A stretch of 64,000 nt of DNA. Origin: an uncultured Bacilli bacterium. GTDB taxonomy: Bacteria > Bacillota_I > Bacilli_A > RF39 > UBA660. Under the pieces are notes generated by a model. That model had not been told where the DNA came from, did no database searches, and saw nothing but the letters and a program-made list of their open reading frames with translations. A program made the translations under genes and the position numbers. The DNA lies in assembly GCA_947630575.1 (NCBI GenBank), contig CANRIB010000002.1:30725-94724 (forward strand), in the 5' to 3' direction. Positions 37,881 to 48,099 of this stretch are shown in pieces. Numbering within the stretch: position 1 is the first letter of the stretch; each line of letters starts with the position of its first letter.

Positions 37881-40081
37881 TATAATTCCTCCTCCTTTAA
37901 TTGAGAAAGAGCTATTTCTTTATAGATTGGACAACTATCTAATAATTCCTTATGGGTACCTTCTCCCACAATTTCTCCTTCATTTAAAACAATAATATTA
38001 TCAGCATTCATAATTGTACTTATTCTCTGCGCTACAATCAAAATTGTCGCATCTTTTGCATATTTATCTAAAGATTTCCGCAGTTTAGCATCAGTCTTAA
38101 AATCTAATGCTGAAAAGCTATCATCAAATATATATATTTCAGGTTTTTTAGCAATTGCTCTCGCTATCGAAAGTCTTTGTTTTTGACCTCCACTAACATT
38201 AGCTCCCCCTTGAGATATTTCACTATTAAAAGTATCTTCTTTTTCCTTTATAAATTCTAATGCCTGACTTACTTCAGCAACCTTTTCCATTTCTTCTTCA
38301 CTTATATCATCATTTCCAAACTTAATATTTGAAGCAATTGTCCCAGAAAACAAAGTACCTTTTTGAGGAACATATCCTATTTTTTCTCTTAATTCTTTAA
38401 TAGAAGCCTTTTTAATATCTATTCCATCAACTAATATAGTTCCATCAGTAACATCAAAAAACCTTGGAATCAAATTAATTAATGTCGACTTTCCAGAACC
38501 AGTCGAACCAATAAAGGCTGTAGTTGTTCCTGGTGTTGCTTTAAAACTAATATTTTTAAGCATTGCTTCACTAGCATCAGGATACTTAAATGTTACATTT
38601 TTAAACTCTACCATACCTTTTTTCTTATCATCAAATTCTATAGTTTCTTCTGCTTCTTTAACTGTAATTTCTGTCTTTAATATTTCTTTAATTCTCTTAA
38701 TAGAAACAAGTGCTCTAGGAAGCATAACAGATACTAACGAAATCATTAAGAAAGCCATAATTATTTGCATTGTATAAGTAATAAACGCTAGTAAAGTTCC
38801 AATCTCAAGCGTTCCAACATCAATAGCTTTTGCTCCATACCAAACTATTAAAATACTAACTATATTCATTACTAACATCATACTTGGCATCATAATACCC
38901 ATTAAACGATTAACAAATAAATTAGTTTTAGTTAAATCAGTATTAGCTTTATCAAATCTTTTTTCTTCATATCTTTCTGTATGAAAAGTTCTAATAACCG
39001 GCATACCTGTAATAATTTCTCTTGAAACTAAATTTAATCTATCAATTAATTTTTGCATTTTCTTAAACTTAGGCATTGCTAAACCAAATAATATACTAAT
39101 TAATACTAATATTGCTATAACGGCTACCGCAATTAACCAATTAAGAGGATTATTATAAACTTTAATAAAAGCTCCTATTCCTAGAATTGGGGCAAATACC
39201 ACAATTCTAAGTAACATAATCACAAACATTTTAATTTGTTCAATATCATTTGTTGCTCTTGTAATCAAACTAGATGCTCCAAATTCTTTAAATTCTGCTG
39301 TACTAAATGCTAAAACTTTCTTTACCACATCCGACCTTAAAACATAACTAATTCTTGCCGATATTTTACCCACTAAATAACTAGCCATAATCGCCACAAT
39401 CATTCCAATCGCAGCCACTAAAAGCATTTCTATTCCTTTATTAATAATAAAACTAATTTGGTAATTATCCATATCTATACCAATATCTTTATACATTTCA
39501 CTAATACATACAGCCCCAAATTCATTTAAAACTGTTTCATCAAAATTATCTATAGTTTTAAGAAAATTATCTACTGTAATCTTAAAAGTTTGATCATCCA
39601 AACTCATTAACCAATCTAATGCTGTTTCTCCATCTTTTAAATTAGTTAATCCCAAACTTTTAACAATACTCTCATTATTAGATTTAAACATATAAGCAAG
39701 TATTAAAGGTTTTTCTACAATTCCTTCAATTGTTTTTCTTTCATCTTTATCTAAGTCATTTAAAACATAAATATTTTCTTTTTCTAAAATTGGATACTCC
39801 CTCTTATAATTTTCATAATCTACTTTACTTAAATTATCTCTAATAATATAAGAATAACCCGTAAGCATACCCACATTTTCATCTGTAATTTTAAGTACTG
39901 CATTATAAATATCTTCTGTCATTACTTCTGGTAAATTAGAATCTATTCCTTTAGATGCTATTCCATCATTAATTATACTAGAGGTATAACTAGGTAACTC
40001 TAAATCACAAAAAGCTTGAACAACAAGTAATAACACAACTAAAAAGATAGGTATAATAAACATTAAACTTTTCTTTTTCAA
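37880..40081 (-). CDS. ABC transporter permease/ATP-binding protein, heterodimeric exporter subunit with an extended N-terminal extracellular region.
   Basis: Walker A GSTGSGKST, signature VSGGQKQRLSIARA, Walker B IYIFDDSFSALD; 1-nt overlap with the partner gene. Confidence 0.9.
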   Translation of the reverse strand: MKKKSLMFIIPIFLVVLLLVVQAFCDLELPSYTSSIINDGIASKGIDSNLPEVMTEDIYNAVLKITDENVGMLTGYSYIIRDNLSKVDYENYKREYPILEKENIYVLNDLDKDERKTIEGIVEKPLILAYMFKSNNESIVKSLGLTNLKDGETALDWLMSLDDQTFKITVDNFLKTIDNFDETVLNEFGAVCISEMYKDIGIDMDNYQISFIINKGIEMLLVAAIGMIVAIMASYLVGKISARISYVLRSDVVKKVLAFSTAEFKEFGASSLITRATNDIEQIKMFVIMLLRIVVFAPILGIGAFIKVYNNPLNWLIAVAVIAILVLISILFGLAMPKFKKMQKLIDRLNLVSREIITGMPVIRTFHTERYEEKRFDKANTDLTKTNLFVNRLMGIMMPSMMLVMNIVSILIVWYGAKAIDVGTLEIGTLLAFITYTMQIIMAFLMISLVSVMLPRALVSIKRIKEILKTEITVKEAEETIEFDDKKKGMVEFKNVTFKYPDASEAMLKNISFKATPGTTTAFIGSTGSGKSTLINLIPRFFDVTDGTILVDGIDIKKASIKELREKIGYVPQKGTLFSGTIASNIKFGNDDISEEEMEKVAEVSQALEFIKEKEDTFNSEISQGGANVSGGQKQRLSIARAIAKKPEIYIFDDSFSALDFKTDAKLRKSLDKYAKDATILIVAQRISTIMNADNIIVLNEGEIVGEGTHKELLDSCPIYKEIALSQLKEEEL

Positions 40082-40167
40082 AATTAATCCCTCCTCTAAA
40101 TCTTATTAGTACAAAAGTAATTATAACACAATTAGATATTTATGTCTAACAATATTTAACCAAAGAA

Positions 40168-40195
40168 AAAAGTAGACACTAACATCTACTTTTAA
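40168..40195 (-). terminator. Intrinsic terminator after hup (GTAGA-n8-TCTAC plus T-run on the minus strand).
   Basis: Minus-strand reading gives AAAGTAGATGTTAGTGTCTACTTTTTTC. Confidence 0.5.
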
Positions 40196-40207
40196 GAGCT
40201 ATTTAAA

Positions 40208-40480
40208 TTAGTTTAAAGCATCTTTTAATTTGCTTCCTGCTTTAAATGAAGCAACAGTCTTAGCAGGAATTTTAATAGCTTCTTTAGTTAAAGGATTTAT
40301 ACCTTCACGAGCAGCTCTTTTCTTTGCACTAAAAGTACCAAAACCAACTAAAGCAACTTTACCTTCTTTTTTAAGACCAGTTTGGATTCCTTCTAAAAGA
40401 GCATCTAATACACGTCCTACTTCAGCTTTTGATACTTCAGTTTTAGCTGCAGCAAATTCTACTAATTCAGTTCTTGTCAT
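40208..40480 (-). CDS. hup: DNA-binding protein HU.
   Basis: MTRTELVEFAAAKTEVSKAEVGRVLDAL...VALVGFGTFSAKKRAAREGINPLTKEAIKIPAKTVASFKAGSKLKDAL is a clear HU/IHF fold. The start is at 40480 with a GGGAGG RBS; the track ORF is extended upstream. Confidence 0.9.
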   Translation of the reverse strand: MTRTELVEFAAAKTEVSKAEVGRVLDALLEGIQTGLKKEGKVALVGFGTFSAKKRAAREGINPLTKEAIKIPAKTVASFKAGSKLKDALN

Positions 40481-40657
40481 TATAAATTTACCTCCCTTAC
40501 AAAAACTAATCTTTATAAGGCCATTTACCTTACATATTAACATTATCAGAAACTTCCCATAAAATCAAGGTATTTTCCTATATTTTTAAAATTTTTTACT
40601 ACTTTTTATAAAAATCAAAAAATATTTAACCCATATAAAAAAGCTATATTCCTATAG

Positions 40658-41611
40658 CTAATCTTTTTTCGTTGGTAAATCTATTTTCTTAGGTAAATCA
40701 ACACTTACATTTGAAGTTCTATTAACTGCATTATTAACATAAACGGAACTAAATTGATTTCCCCCATTATTATTAGTAATATCACTTATTGGTGTTACTT
40801 TAGCACTATTACTTTTTTCTAACTCATCTAACTCTGCCGAAATTGTCTTCGCAAGTGCATCAAAATCAATATTTGGCATCTTTACTTCTTCTGCTGACAC
40901 ATTATTAACTGGTTTATAATATGAGCCTCCTATAACAGGTTCCTCAATAATTGTTGGTTCTTCAACCTTTGGTAATACAGGTTTAACTTCTTCATTTATT
41001 ATTGGTGTAACTACAGTAGGTTCTGTCGGAATATCTATTTTAACTGGTTCTATAACTGTTGGTTCGACATTTTGAACCGGCACCTCAAACTTCACAGGTT
41101 CTATTGGAGTATTTACAACTGGAGTTACTGGAACTGTAAAATTATTTACATCTTGTGGAATTACTGGAGCTACAGGCTCTACATTTGAAACAATTTCTTT
41201 ATTAACAACCGGTTCCACAACATTATTTACTGGTGTAACAGGTTCTTCATATTGAATTGGTTGTACTGGAGCAATAGGTGTATTAACAGGAACCTCAAAA
41301 TTAGGCATTGGTACAACAGATGGAACATCTTGTTCTAAACTAACTGGTGCAACAGTCTGAACTGGTTCTACAGGTTGTACTGAAGGCGCTGGAACTTCAA
41401 CTGGAGTTGGCACACTAGTTTCCCTAAACGCTGGTTCATCATTAATACCAGGCACTGCATAGCTATTAGTATTATCATCTAATTTTCTTTTTTGCTCGTC
41501 TTTTTTCCCAAAAAATAAAACAACCAAAAATGTAACAACTAAAAATGATATAACTGCAAATAAACCTATGCCAAAATAATTACTTTCATATAATCTATTA
41601 AGGAAATCCAT
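40658..41611 (-). CDS. N-terminally anchored proline/valine-rich repeat protein (low complexity, PVEPV / PVxPV repeats).
   Basis: TM GIGLFAVISFLVVTFLVVLFFG followed by about 200 aa of P/V/E-rich repeats. The start is chosen at MDFLNRL with a GGTGGTG RBS. Confidence 0.45.
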   Translation of the reverse strand: MDFLNRLYESNYFGIGLFAVISFLVVTFLVVLFFGKKDEQKRKLDDNTNSYAVPGINDEPAFRETSVPTPVEVPAPSVQPVEPVQTVAPVSLEQDVPSVVPMPNFEVPVNTPIAPVQPIQYEEPVTPVNNVVEPVVNKEIVSNVEPVAPVIPQDVNNFTVPVTPVVNTPIEPVKFEVPVQNVEPTVIEPVKIDIPTEPTVVTPIINEEVKPVLPKVEEPTIIEEPVIGGSYYKPVNNVSAEEVKMPNIDFDALAKTISAELDELEKSNSAKVTPISDITNNNGGNQFSSVYVNNAVNRTSNVSVDLPKKIDLPTKKD

Positions 41612-41713
41612 CCTTACACCACCTTTTATTCTATTAATAAGTCTACCATATATATATTCCAAAATCAAGAAAAAAATGTAAATTTATTGTTTGATATTTT
41701 AAATTTAAATTCT

Positions 41714-41805
41714 AAAACAAAAAGAACAGAAAGCAAAAACTTTCCATTTTGTATTATGTTAGGGCAAAGGAATACCCATAATCTTGTCTATTAATAATAG
41801 GATAA
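41714..41805 (-). ncRNA. Conserved ~90-nt leader element, copy B, located between the UPF0154 (YneF-like) gene and the Pro-rich protein gene. Candidate cis-regulatory RNA / attenuator.
   Basis: About 85% identical to 28735-28823. On the minus strand it ends in GGAAAG-UUUUUG-CUUUCU plus GUUCUUUUUGUUUU. The stem differs from copy A but pairing is preserved. Confidence 0.4.
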
Positions 41806-41854
41806 ATTATAATTTGAAACTAATACTCCCATTATCTCTAACCTGTATTTTTTA

Positions 41855-42064
41855 TTACATATATCTATTCATTTGTTGCATTACTTGATTAACTTGTTTT
41901 TTACTTGGTTTCCTTCCCATACTACTCATCATTACTTCAATCATCTTTTCATTTATAGGTGGATTCTTCTTTAAATATTTCTGCATAAAATGTCTAGCCA
42001 AGAAAAATCCTAGTGCAAATCCTATTACAAGCCCAATAATAAACCACAATATTTCTCCCCACAT
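41855..42064 (-). CDS. UPF0154 family small membrane protein (YneF-like).
   Basis: MWGEILWFIIGLVIGFALGFFLARHFMQKYLKKNPPINEKMIEVMMSSMGRKPSKKQVNQVMQQM closely follows the YneF/UPF0154 pattern. Confidence 0.75.
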   Translation of the reverse strand: MWGEILWFIIGLVIGFALGFFLARHFMQKYLKKNPPINEKMIEVMMSSMGRKPSKKQVNQVMQQMNRYM

Positions 42065-42111
42065 GAGGCACCATTCCTTTCACTCAATATATTACTATAA
42101 CTTTGCTTTTT

Positions 42112-42531
42112 TTACAAGCACACAAGTTCATTTAACCAGAAATAATCTTTATTTTTAAAATCACACACAAATAAATTCTTATATTCTTTTAAATCTGTTA
42201 AAAAACTTGGTTTCAAAACATTACTTTCAAGTAACAAAAAAGCTTTATTAACCACCAACATTGAATCTTCTGGAATATACTTATTCTGTATTCTATGTAC
42301 ATTATGAAACTTTGAATAAAAATCATTATCTTTAGATTCTCTAAAAATCTTATTATTAATTTTACTTTTATCAAAAGGACTAACAATCTGCAAAAATAAA
42401 TCATAAGCTAAATTAACATCTTTTTGATCAAAATTATGAATATCCTCCATTGCTTTAAATAAATGATAAGGATTATTCTTCATCAAATTATAAAAACTTC
42501 TATTAATATTAAAAATATAAAATGTCCGCAT
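42112..42531 (-). CDS. SirA-like protein (sporulation inhibitor of replication, DUF2522-like); tentative.
   Basis: Adjacent to the yneF homologue as in Bacillus (yneE/sirA-yneF). The C-terminal LFVCDFKNKDYFWLNE resembles the SirA FLAMDFNSKRYGWLNP region. Confidence 0.4.
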   Translation of the reverse strand: MRTFYIFNINRSFYNLMKNNPYHLFKAMEDIHNFDQKDVNLAYDLFLQIVSPFDKSKINNKIFRESKDNDFYSKFHNVHRIQNKYIPEDSMLVVNKAFLLLESNVLKPSFLTDLKEYKNLFVCDFKNKDYFWLNELVCL

Positions 42532-42606
42532 AATTAATCACCTATTAGCATATTACCACACCAAAAGCGCAAAATTTGTCGAACCATGTAATTTTTCTCA
42601 TTTTTT

Positions 42607-45228
42607 TTAAACTCCTGTTTTTAAATGATGTCGTCTTAAATAAATTTTTCTCATAAAATCTACCGGAAAAACACTCATTGAAAGCAATAACACTATAAAA
42701 AATTCTTGCGCTTTAAGACCATATGTCCGAAATAAATCTCCCCCATTATATATTAAATAAACTTGAACTATTAAAATAAAAGCAATAATAAATATAAATA
42801 CTTTATTTTTACTTAAATTAGCAAATATATTAAGTCTTTCACTTCTAGCATTAAAAGAATTAAATACCCCAATAAAGATAAATAAAGCAAAATAAGCTGT
42901 CATTAAATATTTATAATTTTCTCCTATTCTAATATAATCTCTAACAATTGGCAATTTCAAAAATAATATACATAATATTGCCGAATATAACCCTGTCCAT
43001 AAAACTTCCCCAATCATATAGGAATTAACAATGGCTTCATCTTTCTTTTTAGGTGGTTCATGCATATAACTCGCAATCGCTGGCTCAAAAGAAAAAGCAA
43101 GTCCAGCAAATGTATCCATAATCATATTAAGCCATAACATCTGAATAATGGTAATTGGGGTATTAATACCTATAAAAGGTCCAATAATTGAAAGAATAAG
43201 TGCACACATATTAACAGTTAATTGATATATTATAAACTTTCTAATACTTTTAAATATAGTTCTTCCATATAATATAGCTTTACTAATTGATAAAATATTA
43301 TTATCTAATATTACAATATCACTAGCTTCTTTAGCCACTTCTGTTCCACTGCCCATCGCAAAGCCTACATCAGCTTTTTTTAATGCTGGTGCATCATTTA
43401 CTCCATCTCCTGTCATCCCCACTACTAAATCCATTTCTTCTAAAATTCGCACCAACCGTGATTTATCTTGAGGAAGCGCCCGAGCAACAATACATAATTT
43501 TCCCACTTTTCTTTTTAATTCTTCATCTGATAATTTTTCCATTTCTTCATGAGTAAGCACTATATCATCTTTATTATATATACCCGCTTCACTAGCAATG
43601 GCAATCGCTGTTTCTTTAGCATCTCCAGTAATCATAATAATATTTATCCCGGCACTATGAATTAAATCTACTCCCTCACGTGCTTCACTTCTAAGCTCAT
43701 CTTTAATCGCAACCATTCCCACCAAAACTAAATTATCTAAACTACTATTATATTTGTTATAACACAAAACCAAAACTCTAATTCCTTTATGAGTTAAAGC
43801 ATCAATAGTATTATTAATAATTTTTTTATTAACTAAAACTTTCTCTTCCCCCATTTTATTAACATAAAAATTAACATTCGGAAGTAATATTTCTGCTGCT
43901 CCCTTAATATAAGTAACATTATTATTTAAAGTTACACTGCTATATTTATTTTCACTATTAAAAGGTTTTCTAGCAATTACTTTTTCTTTTTTTAAACTAT
44001 CAAAATTTAAAAATCTCAAACAAGCTTTATCTGTTGAATTACCCCCAATAACTTTCCCTTTATCATCTATAGTACTTTCATTATTATAATAAAGACTATT
44101 ATATAATATATCATAATATTTACTATATAATTTAATATCTTTTAAAGACTTAAATCTCGTATTATCTCCCAAAACTATTTCATTTACTTCCAACTTTCCT
44201 TTAGTAAGCGTCCCCGTTTTATCTGTCAAAACCACATTTAAACTCCCCGCAGTTTCAATACCTACTAGTTTTCGTACTAACACATTTTCTTTAAGCATCC
44301 GCTTCATATTACTAGATAACACTAAAGTAATCATCATTGGTAACCCTTCTGGCACTGCAACAACAATTATAGTTACACTTAAAGTAAGCGCATATATTAA
44401 ATGATCTGCCATCAATCTAAAATTAGTTAATGTTTCCATAATGAGTTTCCCATCAAAATGATTTTCTAACAAAATAACCGAAAACAAATAAGAAATAGTA
44501 ACTAAAACTGCTCCCAAATAACCAAGTTTACTAATAAATTTAGCAAGCCCCTGAAGTCTTAATTTTAATGGTGATGTAGGTGATGCTTCTGCAACTTCCC
44601 TTGCAAGTGAACCATAAACAGTTTTATCTCCCACACTTACAACTTTCATATAAGCATTACCATTATATATGACTGAACCACGATATAACTTATTATTTTC
44701 TAAAATATTATCATTTCTAATTGGAGGATATTTCTTTGCCTCTTTAGTTTCGCCATTTAAACTTGATTCATCAACACTCAAATTACCTTTAATTATATAA
44801 CCATCTGCCGGCACTTTATCTCCACTATTAAGAATAACTATATCATCTACAACTACCTCTTCTATTGGTATTTCCTGAATAACATTATTTCTTAACACTT
44901 TAACTAATATTTTCGATGACTCTTCCTGTAATCTTCTAAATGCCGCTTCACTTCCATATTCCGATATTGTCGAAATAAAAGAAGCCAAAAAAATAGCAAT
45001 CAGTATCCCTAAAGTTTCAAAATAATCAAAATCTCGAAACAAAAAAACTACTTTAACTGCTAATGCTACTAATAAAATCTTAATAATTGGATCTCCCAAA
45101 GATTCTAATAAAAGTTTTAAAAAACTATTTTGTTTTACATTACTAATATTATTAGTCCCATACTTTTTACGATTTCTTTCTACTTCTTCTGCTTTTAACC
45201 CTTGATACATATTGTCCCTCCAAAACAA
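42607..45228 (-). CDS. P-type Ca2+-transporting ATPase (type IIA).
   Basis: DKTGTLT phosphorylation motif, MITGDAKETA, hinge VGMTGDGVNDAPALKKADVGFAMG, 10 TM segments. Confidence 0.9.
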   Translation of the reverse strand: MFWRDNMYQGLKAEEVERNRKKYGTNNISNVKQNSFLKLLLESLGDPIIKILLVALAVKVVFLFRDFDYFETLGILIAIFLASFISTISEYGSEAAFRRLQEESSKILVKVLRNNVIQEIPIEEVVVDDIVILNSGDKVPADGYIIKGNLSVDESSLNGETKEAKKYPPIRNDNILENNKLYRGSVIYNGNAYMKVVSVGDKTVYGSLAREVAEASPTSPLKLRLQGLAKFISKLGYLGAVLVTISYLFSVILLENHFDGKLIMETLTNFRLMADHLIYALTLSVTIIVVAVPEGLPMMITLVLSSNMKRMLKENVLVRKLVGIETAGSLNVVLTDKTGTLTKGKLEVNEIVLGDNTRFKSLKDIKLYSKYYDILYNSLYYNNESTIDDKGKVIGGNSTDKACLRFLNFDSLKKEKVIARKPFNSENKYSSVTLNNNVTYIKGAAEILLPNVNFYVNKMGEEKVLVNKKIINNTIDALTHKGIRVLVLCYNKYNSSLDNLVLVGMVAIKDELRSEAREGVDLIHSAGINIIMITGDAKETAIAIASEAGIYNKDDIVLTHEEMEKLSDEELKRKVGKLCIVARALPQDKSRLVRILEEMDLVVGMTGDGVNDAPALKKADVGFAMGSGTEVAKEASDIVILDNNILSISKAILYGRTIFKSIRKFIIYQLTVNMCALILSIIGPFIGINTPITIIQMLWLNMIMDTFAGLAFSFEPAIASYMHEPPKKKDEAIVNSYMIGEVLWTGLYSAILCILFLKLPIVRDYIRIGENYKYLMTAYFALFIFIGVFNSFNARSERLNIFANLSKNKVFIFIIAFILIVQVYLIYNGGDLFRTYGLKAQEFFIVLLLSMSVFPVDFMRKIYLRRHHLKTGV

Positions 45229-45321
45229 TTATATGTCTTAAAATTATAATTAATTCTTATATATTTTTGACTTTTTAACTTCTCTATGTTAAAATAACTT
45301 CTAAATTTTGGAGGTATTTAA

Positions 45322-46488
45322 ATGAACGAATTAGCTTTAAATATATTTAATGATTGTAAAAAAATTTCATTTAATAAAAATGAATATTCTAAAATTACTC
45401 AAAAATATAAAATAAGTCTTAAAAAATTAAACCAAATTATTACTAATTACATTATAAATAATTATCCTGATTTAAATCTTATGAGTTTCAAAAACTATTA
45501 CTTTTCTTTTCAAAAATTTGCTACCGGTCTAAATTCTTCTAAAGATAACAAAAGAGCTTTATATTATTTTAATAATTTAGCAACCCCTAAAGAAAAACAA
45601 GAATTTAAATCTAAAGTTAATTCTATTTTACACCAAATAAATACCATCAACAATTTAAAAGATTTAATAAACTATTTAAATAGTATTTCTTTATCTCTTA
45701 CGGAAATTATTAATTATATTAAAAATAGTTCTTTAAATACTCCTAAATTTTATAAAACTTTTTATACTTTATTTGAGCCTTGGTTTTTCTTTGCTAAAGA
45801 AAATAACTGGGATAGTAAAGCCATCAAAAAAGAAGCTGAAAAATGGCATGTATTACCCAAAGATTATCGTGCATCTGCCCTAAATTATGGCAAATATATC
45901 TTAAATTTAGATTTTAATGTTAATCAAATAATTTTTAAAAATAGATATACCCCTATAATTGATGCTTTAATAAAAACTTCTAATGAAAAAGAAATAATTA
46001 CTTTAATTAAAGAAAACAATCTTAAATGGTGCACGATAAAAGACTATCTTCACTCTAAAATGTGTTATTTAACTAAAAATGAAAAAATAAAACTTGAACA
46101 AGATTTACTCATAAAATATAAACTATACTTAGCAAGTAACAAACAAATTCCCCAAGAAAAAAACATCGATCACATTTTTAAAGACTTTCTAGCAAGTGGC
46201 CTAACTCTTGAAGAATATGCCAAACAAAAACAAATGAAACGCAGTTATTTAAGTAGCCTAATAAAAAATATTAAAGATAAAGATTTACAAACTAAAGTTA
46301 AAGAAACCATTAAAACTCAAAACTTAAATAAATGTCATTTAAAAAATACTACTTTTAACAACCAAAAAACATTATTATTATCTTATCTTAAAAATGGTAT
46401 AATTGAAAATGGTAAATTAAGAAAATTTGACATAATTTGGATTTATGTCAAGTTTTTAGACACATTTTTTTGGACAATCTTTAATTAA
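45322..46488 (+). CDS. Hypothetical Lys/Asn-rich protein. The 3' end (last ~10 codons) runs into the left inverted repeat of the IS3-family element, so it is probably an IS-disrupted gene.
   Basis: 388-aa ORF; the C-terminal residues FLDTFFWTIFN are encoded by the IS terminal repeat. Confidence 0.45.
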   Translation: MNELALNIFNDCKKISFNKNEYSKITQKYKISLKKLNQIITNYIINNYPDLNLMSFKNYYFSFQKFATGLNSSKDNKRALYYFNNLATPKEKQEFKSKVNSILHQINTINNLKDLINYLNSISLSLTEIINYIKNSSLNTPKFYKTFYTLFEPWFFFAKENNWDSKAIKKEAEKWHVLPKDYRASALNYGKYILNLDFNVNQIIFKNRYTPIIDALIKTSNEKEIITLIKENNLKWCTIKDYLHSKMCYLTKNEKIKLEQDLLIKYKLYLASNKQIPQEKNIDHIFKDFLASGLTLEEYAKQKQMKRSYLSSLIKNIKDKDLQTKVKETIKTQNLNKCHLKNTTFNNQKTLLLSYLKNGIIENGKLRKFDIIWIYVKFLDTFFWTIFN

Positions 46489-47400
46489 GCAATTGCTAAA
46501 TTTGCAATATAATTATTATATTTTTCATTTGGAGTTATATATCCAAGTGTACTATGTATTCTTTGGTTATTATACCAGCCTTCTATAAATTCAAATATTG
46601 CTAATCTAGCTTCTTCAAATGTTTCATACGTATTTACATTTACTTCTTCTTTTTTTAATATGGCATTGAAGCTTTCCATACTTGCATTATCATAAGGATA
46701 ACCTTTTTTACTATATGAATGTTTGATTTTTAATTCGTTTAAAAGTTTCTCATAATCATTAGATGTATACTGACTACCTCGATCAGAATGAAATATTCCC
46801 TCTTGCTTTAAACCTCGATTGACTAATGCTTTTTTTAATGCATCTATTACTAGATTATTTGTCATATTTAATCCATATGACCATCCTACAACTTTTAAAT
46901 CAAATAAATCCATAACTATTGCTAAATATGTCCATCCCGTTTCTTTAGTGTAAATATATGTTATATCTCCAACCCATTTTTCACTTGGTTTTTCAGCAAA
47001 GAAGTTTTGCTCTAAAAGATTTAAATATTCTTTTTTATCATCTTGTTTTGAACTTCCTGAATGATTAAATTTCTTAATTGTTATACTTCTTAAACCTAAA
47101 AATTTCATTCTTCTTGCAACTCTTTTTTGACTTACTTTAAATCCTTCTTTATTAAGTATTTTGGTTATTTTAGGAGAACCATATCTTCCTTTTGATTTAT
47201 TATATATTTGTTTTATTTTAATATCTAATTCATTATTAGCTTGCTTATAACTATTAATTGGATTTTTAATTTGATAATAATAATCTGATTTAGTAATATT
47301 TAAAGCTTTGCATAATAATGTTATAGAATGTTCTTTTTCATGTTCTTTTATAAATTTAACCTTTTCTTTTATCGTTTTGTGAATATGGCCATGGCTTTTT
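46485..47400 (-). CDS. IS3-family transposase OrfB (integrase/rve DDE core), expressed as an OrfAB fusion by programmed -1 frameshift.
   Basis: KWVGDITYI...HSDRGSQYTS...YPYDNASMESFN DDE core. The frame stays open upstream of the first Met (track ORF 46485..47108), up to a TGA just upstream of the A7G slippery site. Confidence 0.7.
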
Positions 47401-47641
47401 TTAATATTTCATTTTCTTCTTTCAATAATCTGTTTTCTTTTTGAAGTTTTATTATGTCATTATTACAAGTAATAGTTCCTTCCGATGTAGTTATAGTTCC
47501 AAATTTTTCTTTCCAAGCATATACTAAACTTCTGCTTATGCCATATTCACATACTATTTCTGATATTGCTTTACCATTTTCTATAAGTTTTACAATATTT
47601 TTTTTGAAATCTTCATCATATTTTTTATTCGTCCTTCCCAT
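47369..47641 (-). CDS. IS3-family transposase OrfA (HTH).
   Basis: MGRTNKKYDEDFKKNIVKLIENGKAISEIVCEYGISRSLVYAWKEKF... with a C-terminal leucine-zipper-like LQKENRLLKEENEILKKA. Confidence 0.8.
   Translation of the reverse strand: MGRTNKKYDEDFKKNIVKLIENGKAISEIVCEYGISRSLVYAWKEKFGTITTSEGTITCNNDIIKLQKENRLLKEENEILKKAMAIFTKR
47395..47402 (-). promoter_or_regulatory. Programmed -1 ribosomal frameshift slippery site A AAA AAA G in the orfA/orfB overlap of the IS3 element.
   Basis: The minus-strand sequence TTAAAAAAAGCC is seen directly; orfB is in the -1 frame relative to orfA downstream of it. Confidence 0.6.
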
Positions 47642-47783
47642 AGAACATCTATTCCTTTCATTTAATTTCTATTTTACAATATTTTTTATTAAACGTCCAA
47701 AATTTTGTGTCCTAATATCTATTCTAGCACCAATTGACTTTTATACTTTATTTTATGATGAACACTTTTTAAATCGAATTATA

Positions 47784-48068
47784 ATGGATTGGGAAAAAAA
47801 CTATCTTTATTTCTATATTATGGAAATTATAAAAGATCAAAAAATTACTCCAGAAAGTTTACTTACTTTACATATTGAAACTGATTGTCAAAAAGATAAA
47901 GATGGTAAAAGTATCTATGGTACTGGTAAAATATTAACTAATGACGAAATTTTATTAATTGTAGATTATCTAAATCATTTAAATATTCCTCTAACTACTT
48001 TAACTTTCTCTGCTGGTGTAAATAGATATTTAAATGGCAAAATAATCAAAGATTCTTTACAATTATAA
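47784..48068 (+). CDS. Hypothetical protein (95 aa); possibly the distal part of the IS-interrupted upstream gene.
   Basis: The track ORF 47454..48068 overlaps the IS antisense strand; the first ATG outside the IS is at 47784 (MDWEKNYLYF...). Confidence 0.35.
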   Translation: MDWEKNYLYFYIMEIIKDQKITPESLLTLHIETDCQKDKDGKSIYGTGKILTNDEILLIVDYLNHLNIPLTTLTFSAGVNRYLNGKIIKDSLQL

Positions 48069-48099
48069 AAACATTTTTTAAAATATAAACGGTGATAAT

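Larger units (their letters stand above)
46457..47714 (-). mobile_element. IS3-family insertion sequence (orfA + orfB with an A7G -1 frameshift site), about 1.26 kb.
   Basis: Terminal IRs are TAGACACATTTTTTTGGACAATCTTTAA (left, 46457-) and, in reverse complement, TAGGACACAAAATTTTGGACGTTTAA (right, -47714). orfA and orfB are in 0/-1 frames with the slippery AAAAAAAG at 47395-47402. Confidence 0.7.

Noticed and set aside
40230-40562. Track ORF 40230..40562 (+), 110 aa, and the N-terminal extension of the minus-strand ORF to 40543.
   Set aside because: The plus ORF is antisense to hup. The extension is rejected because the HU protein begins at MTRTELV (40480) with a GGGAGG RBS, and the upstream residues have no counterpart in HU proteins.
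42213-42404. Track ORF 42213..42404 (-), 63 aa.
   Set aside because: It is an alternative frame nested inside the SirA-like ORF.
47454-47783. The N-terminal 110 codons of track ORF 47454..48068 (+).
   Set aside because: This part runs antisense through IS3 orfA and the right inverted repeat. Only the segment after the IS end (from the ATG at 47784, or as a continuation of the interrupted upstream gene) is plausible.
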